Positions 62,702 to 64,000 of a DNA stretch of 64,000 bases are shown piece by piece. The stretch spans positions 34,482 through 98,481 of the forward strand of contig NZ_JASBRN010000072.1 of NCBI RefSeq assembly GCF_030149505.1, read 5' to 3'. A program made the position numbers and the translations under genes. Within the stretch, counting starts at the first letter, position 1. The number at the start of each line of letters is the position of its first letter. The DNA is from Nocardioides sp. GTDB lineage: Bacteria > Actinomycetota > Actinomycetes > Propionibacteriales > Nocardioidaceae. The notes below the pieces were generated by a model. That model saw only the letters and a list, made by a program, of their open reading frames with translations. It was not told the DNA's origin and did not search any database.

Positions 62702-63697
62702 CAGCAGTCGGACCAGGACCTCCGTCGTGGCCCAGGCCAGGGCCGCGACCACCGGGCTGGCCAGCAGCCACACCTGGACCGTCGACCAGCGCTGGCGCGC
62801 GGAGATGATGGTCAAGGTGGCGAGCACGAGGGCGGCCAGGCAGGTGGCCAGCAGCGGCAGCACCGCGGTCTCCCCGGCGAGCAGCTGCTCGGCGGCCGGC
62901 ACGGCGGCAGGTCGGCCCGCGGGTGCGGGGAAGGCGTCCTCGGCCTCGGCGTCGACGTAGACCGCCTCCCCCGGCGTCAGCCCGGCCAGACGCCCCTGAC
63001 CCTCGGCGCTGGCCAGCACGAGCCGGGCCACCCCGGTCGCGCGCGGCTGGGGCAGCGGGTCGCCGGTCCGGCGGACCCCCAGGACCCGGAACTCGCGGGT
63101 TCCCTGGGCGACGACGACCTCGATGACGTCTCCGGGCCGCAGCTCGGTGATCCGGGCGAAGGGGCCGCCGTACGTCGCGGCGCGGCCCATCACGACGGAG
63201 GTGCCGTCCTGGCCCGGGAGCACGGTGTTGCGCTGGTGACCAGGGCCGGCCCGCAGGTCGCCGGACGCCGTGCCCTCGACGACCACCTGCTCCAGGTCGA
63301 TGGCAGGGATGCGCAGCAGCGCGACCGGGGCGCCGACGGGGACCACCGGGCCCACGGGCGCCGTCGCAGCGGCTACCTCGGTGCGGAACCGGTCGTAGAG
63401 CAGGTCCTGGGAACGCTCGTGCTTGAGGTCGCCGAGCAGCAGGAGCTGGACGAACACCCACAGGCAGACCACGGCCAGCATGAAGGCGGCCGACTGCGTG
63501 GCGGCCTGCGCCCCGGTGGGCAGCGGCCGCGCCGGCCGCGGACCAGTACGGCCCCGCCGTAGCGACGAGCGGCGCGTCGGCTTCGCCAGGCGACGGGCGC
63601 GGGGCGACCGGGGCGGGCCGACAGGTGCGGCACCGGCTCCGGCGACGTCGGGTGCGACCGGCCCGGACGGGGGGCTGGCCGGCTCTGTCATCGTCAT
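62687..63697 (-). CDS. Sortase-fold membrane protein lacking catalytic His and Cys
   Basis: LLRIPAIDLEQVVVEG, GPGH..T.LPG, PF..I.ELRPGD sortase scaffold; MGRAATY instead of AGHRTTY; LVLASA instead of LTLTTC. Confidence 0.8.
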   Translation of the reverse strand: MTMTEPASPPSGPVAPDVAGAGAAPVGPPRSPRARRLAKPTRRSSLRRGRTGPRPARPLPTGAQAATQSAAFMLAVVCLWVFVQLLLLGDLKHERSQDLLYDRFRTEVAAATAPVGPVVPVGAPVALLRIPAIDLEQVVVEGTASGDLRAGPGHQRNTVLPGQDGTSVVMGRAATYGGPFARITELRPGDVIEVVVAQGTREFRVLGVRRTGDPLPQPRATGVARLVLASAEGQGRLAGLTPGEAVYVDAEAEDAFPAPAGRPAAVPAAEQLLAGETAVLPLLATCLAALVLATLTIISARQRWSTVQVWLLASPVVAALAWATTEVLVRLLPNVM

Positions 63698-64000
63698 CGG
63701 CCCAGGCCCGCCCGGGGAGGTCGGACGAAGAAGCGGCCGGCTGCGACGACGAGGGCCCCGAGCAGTCCGCCTAGGAAGAGCAGCGGCAGCAGCATCCCGG
63801 CGACCCGCGAGGAGATCGGCGTGGTCGCCGGCATCGCCACGGGCTCGGTGCTCGCCTCGACCGGGTCCAGTGCGGGCCCGGCGGCCGGCTCCTCGGCGGC
63901 GTCCGGGACCTCCGCGACCGGCACGTCGGGCAGGTCCAGCGGGCCGCCCGCGCCCCCCGGCGTACCCCCGCCTGTGGTGTCGGGTCCCTCGGTCTCCTCG
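63694..64000 (-). CDS. C-terminus of a membrane-anchored surface protein (start beyond window)
   Basis: Frame open to the window edge; Gly/Pro/Ala/Glu-rich stalk, TM, basic tail; ATGA overlap with the sortase-like gene. Confidence 0.7.
   Translation of the reverse strand, partial: EETEGPDTTGGGTPGGAGGPLDLPDVPVAEVPDAAEEPAAGPALDPVEASTEPVAMPATTPISSRVAGMLLPLLFLGGLLGALVVAAGRFFVRPPRAGLGR

Overview
High-GC actinobacterial chromosome segment; gene content and style suggest a Nocardioides-like organism (inference). The backbone is the conserved core region tsaB-rimI-tsaD ... groES-groEL1 ... guaB-guaB3-glpD-gabD-choD-guaA ... PspC two-component module, mostly on the minus strand, with accessory genes inserted between core genes. 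Accessory content includes an F420 block (npdG, LLM oxidoreductase, fbiC), a XylFGH-like sugar ABC transporter with a ROK regulator, mscR plus MBL hydrolase, an ECF sigma with its partner, several secreted proteins and the end of a phosphate-transport/sortase cluster. No tRNA, rRNA, CRISPR array, transposase or integrase was seen. Best leads: (1) a sortase-fold protein lacking both catalytic His and Cys, clustered with a non-lipoprotein PstS-Ig fusion and PstB; (2) two perfect KstR-type operators in front of an F420 LLM gene and a phosphotransferase/unknown/ALDH operon; (3) an HTH-ECF-S-component fusion translationally coupled to an ACT protein; (4) a candidate sRNA with two CUCCCUCCC loops between choD and guaA; (5) two REP-like repeat families. 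All family calls rest on motif recognition by eye; no database searches were run.
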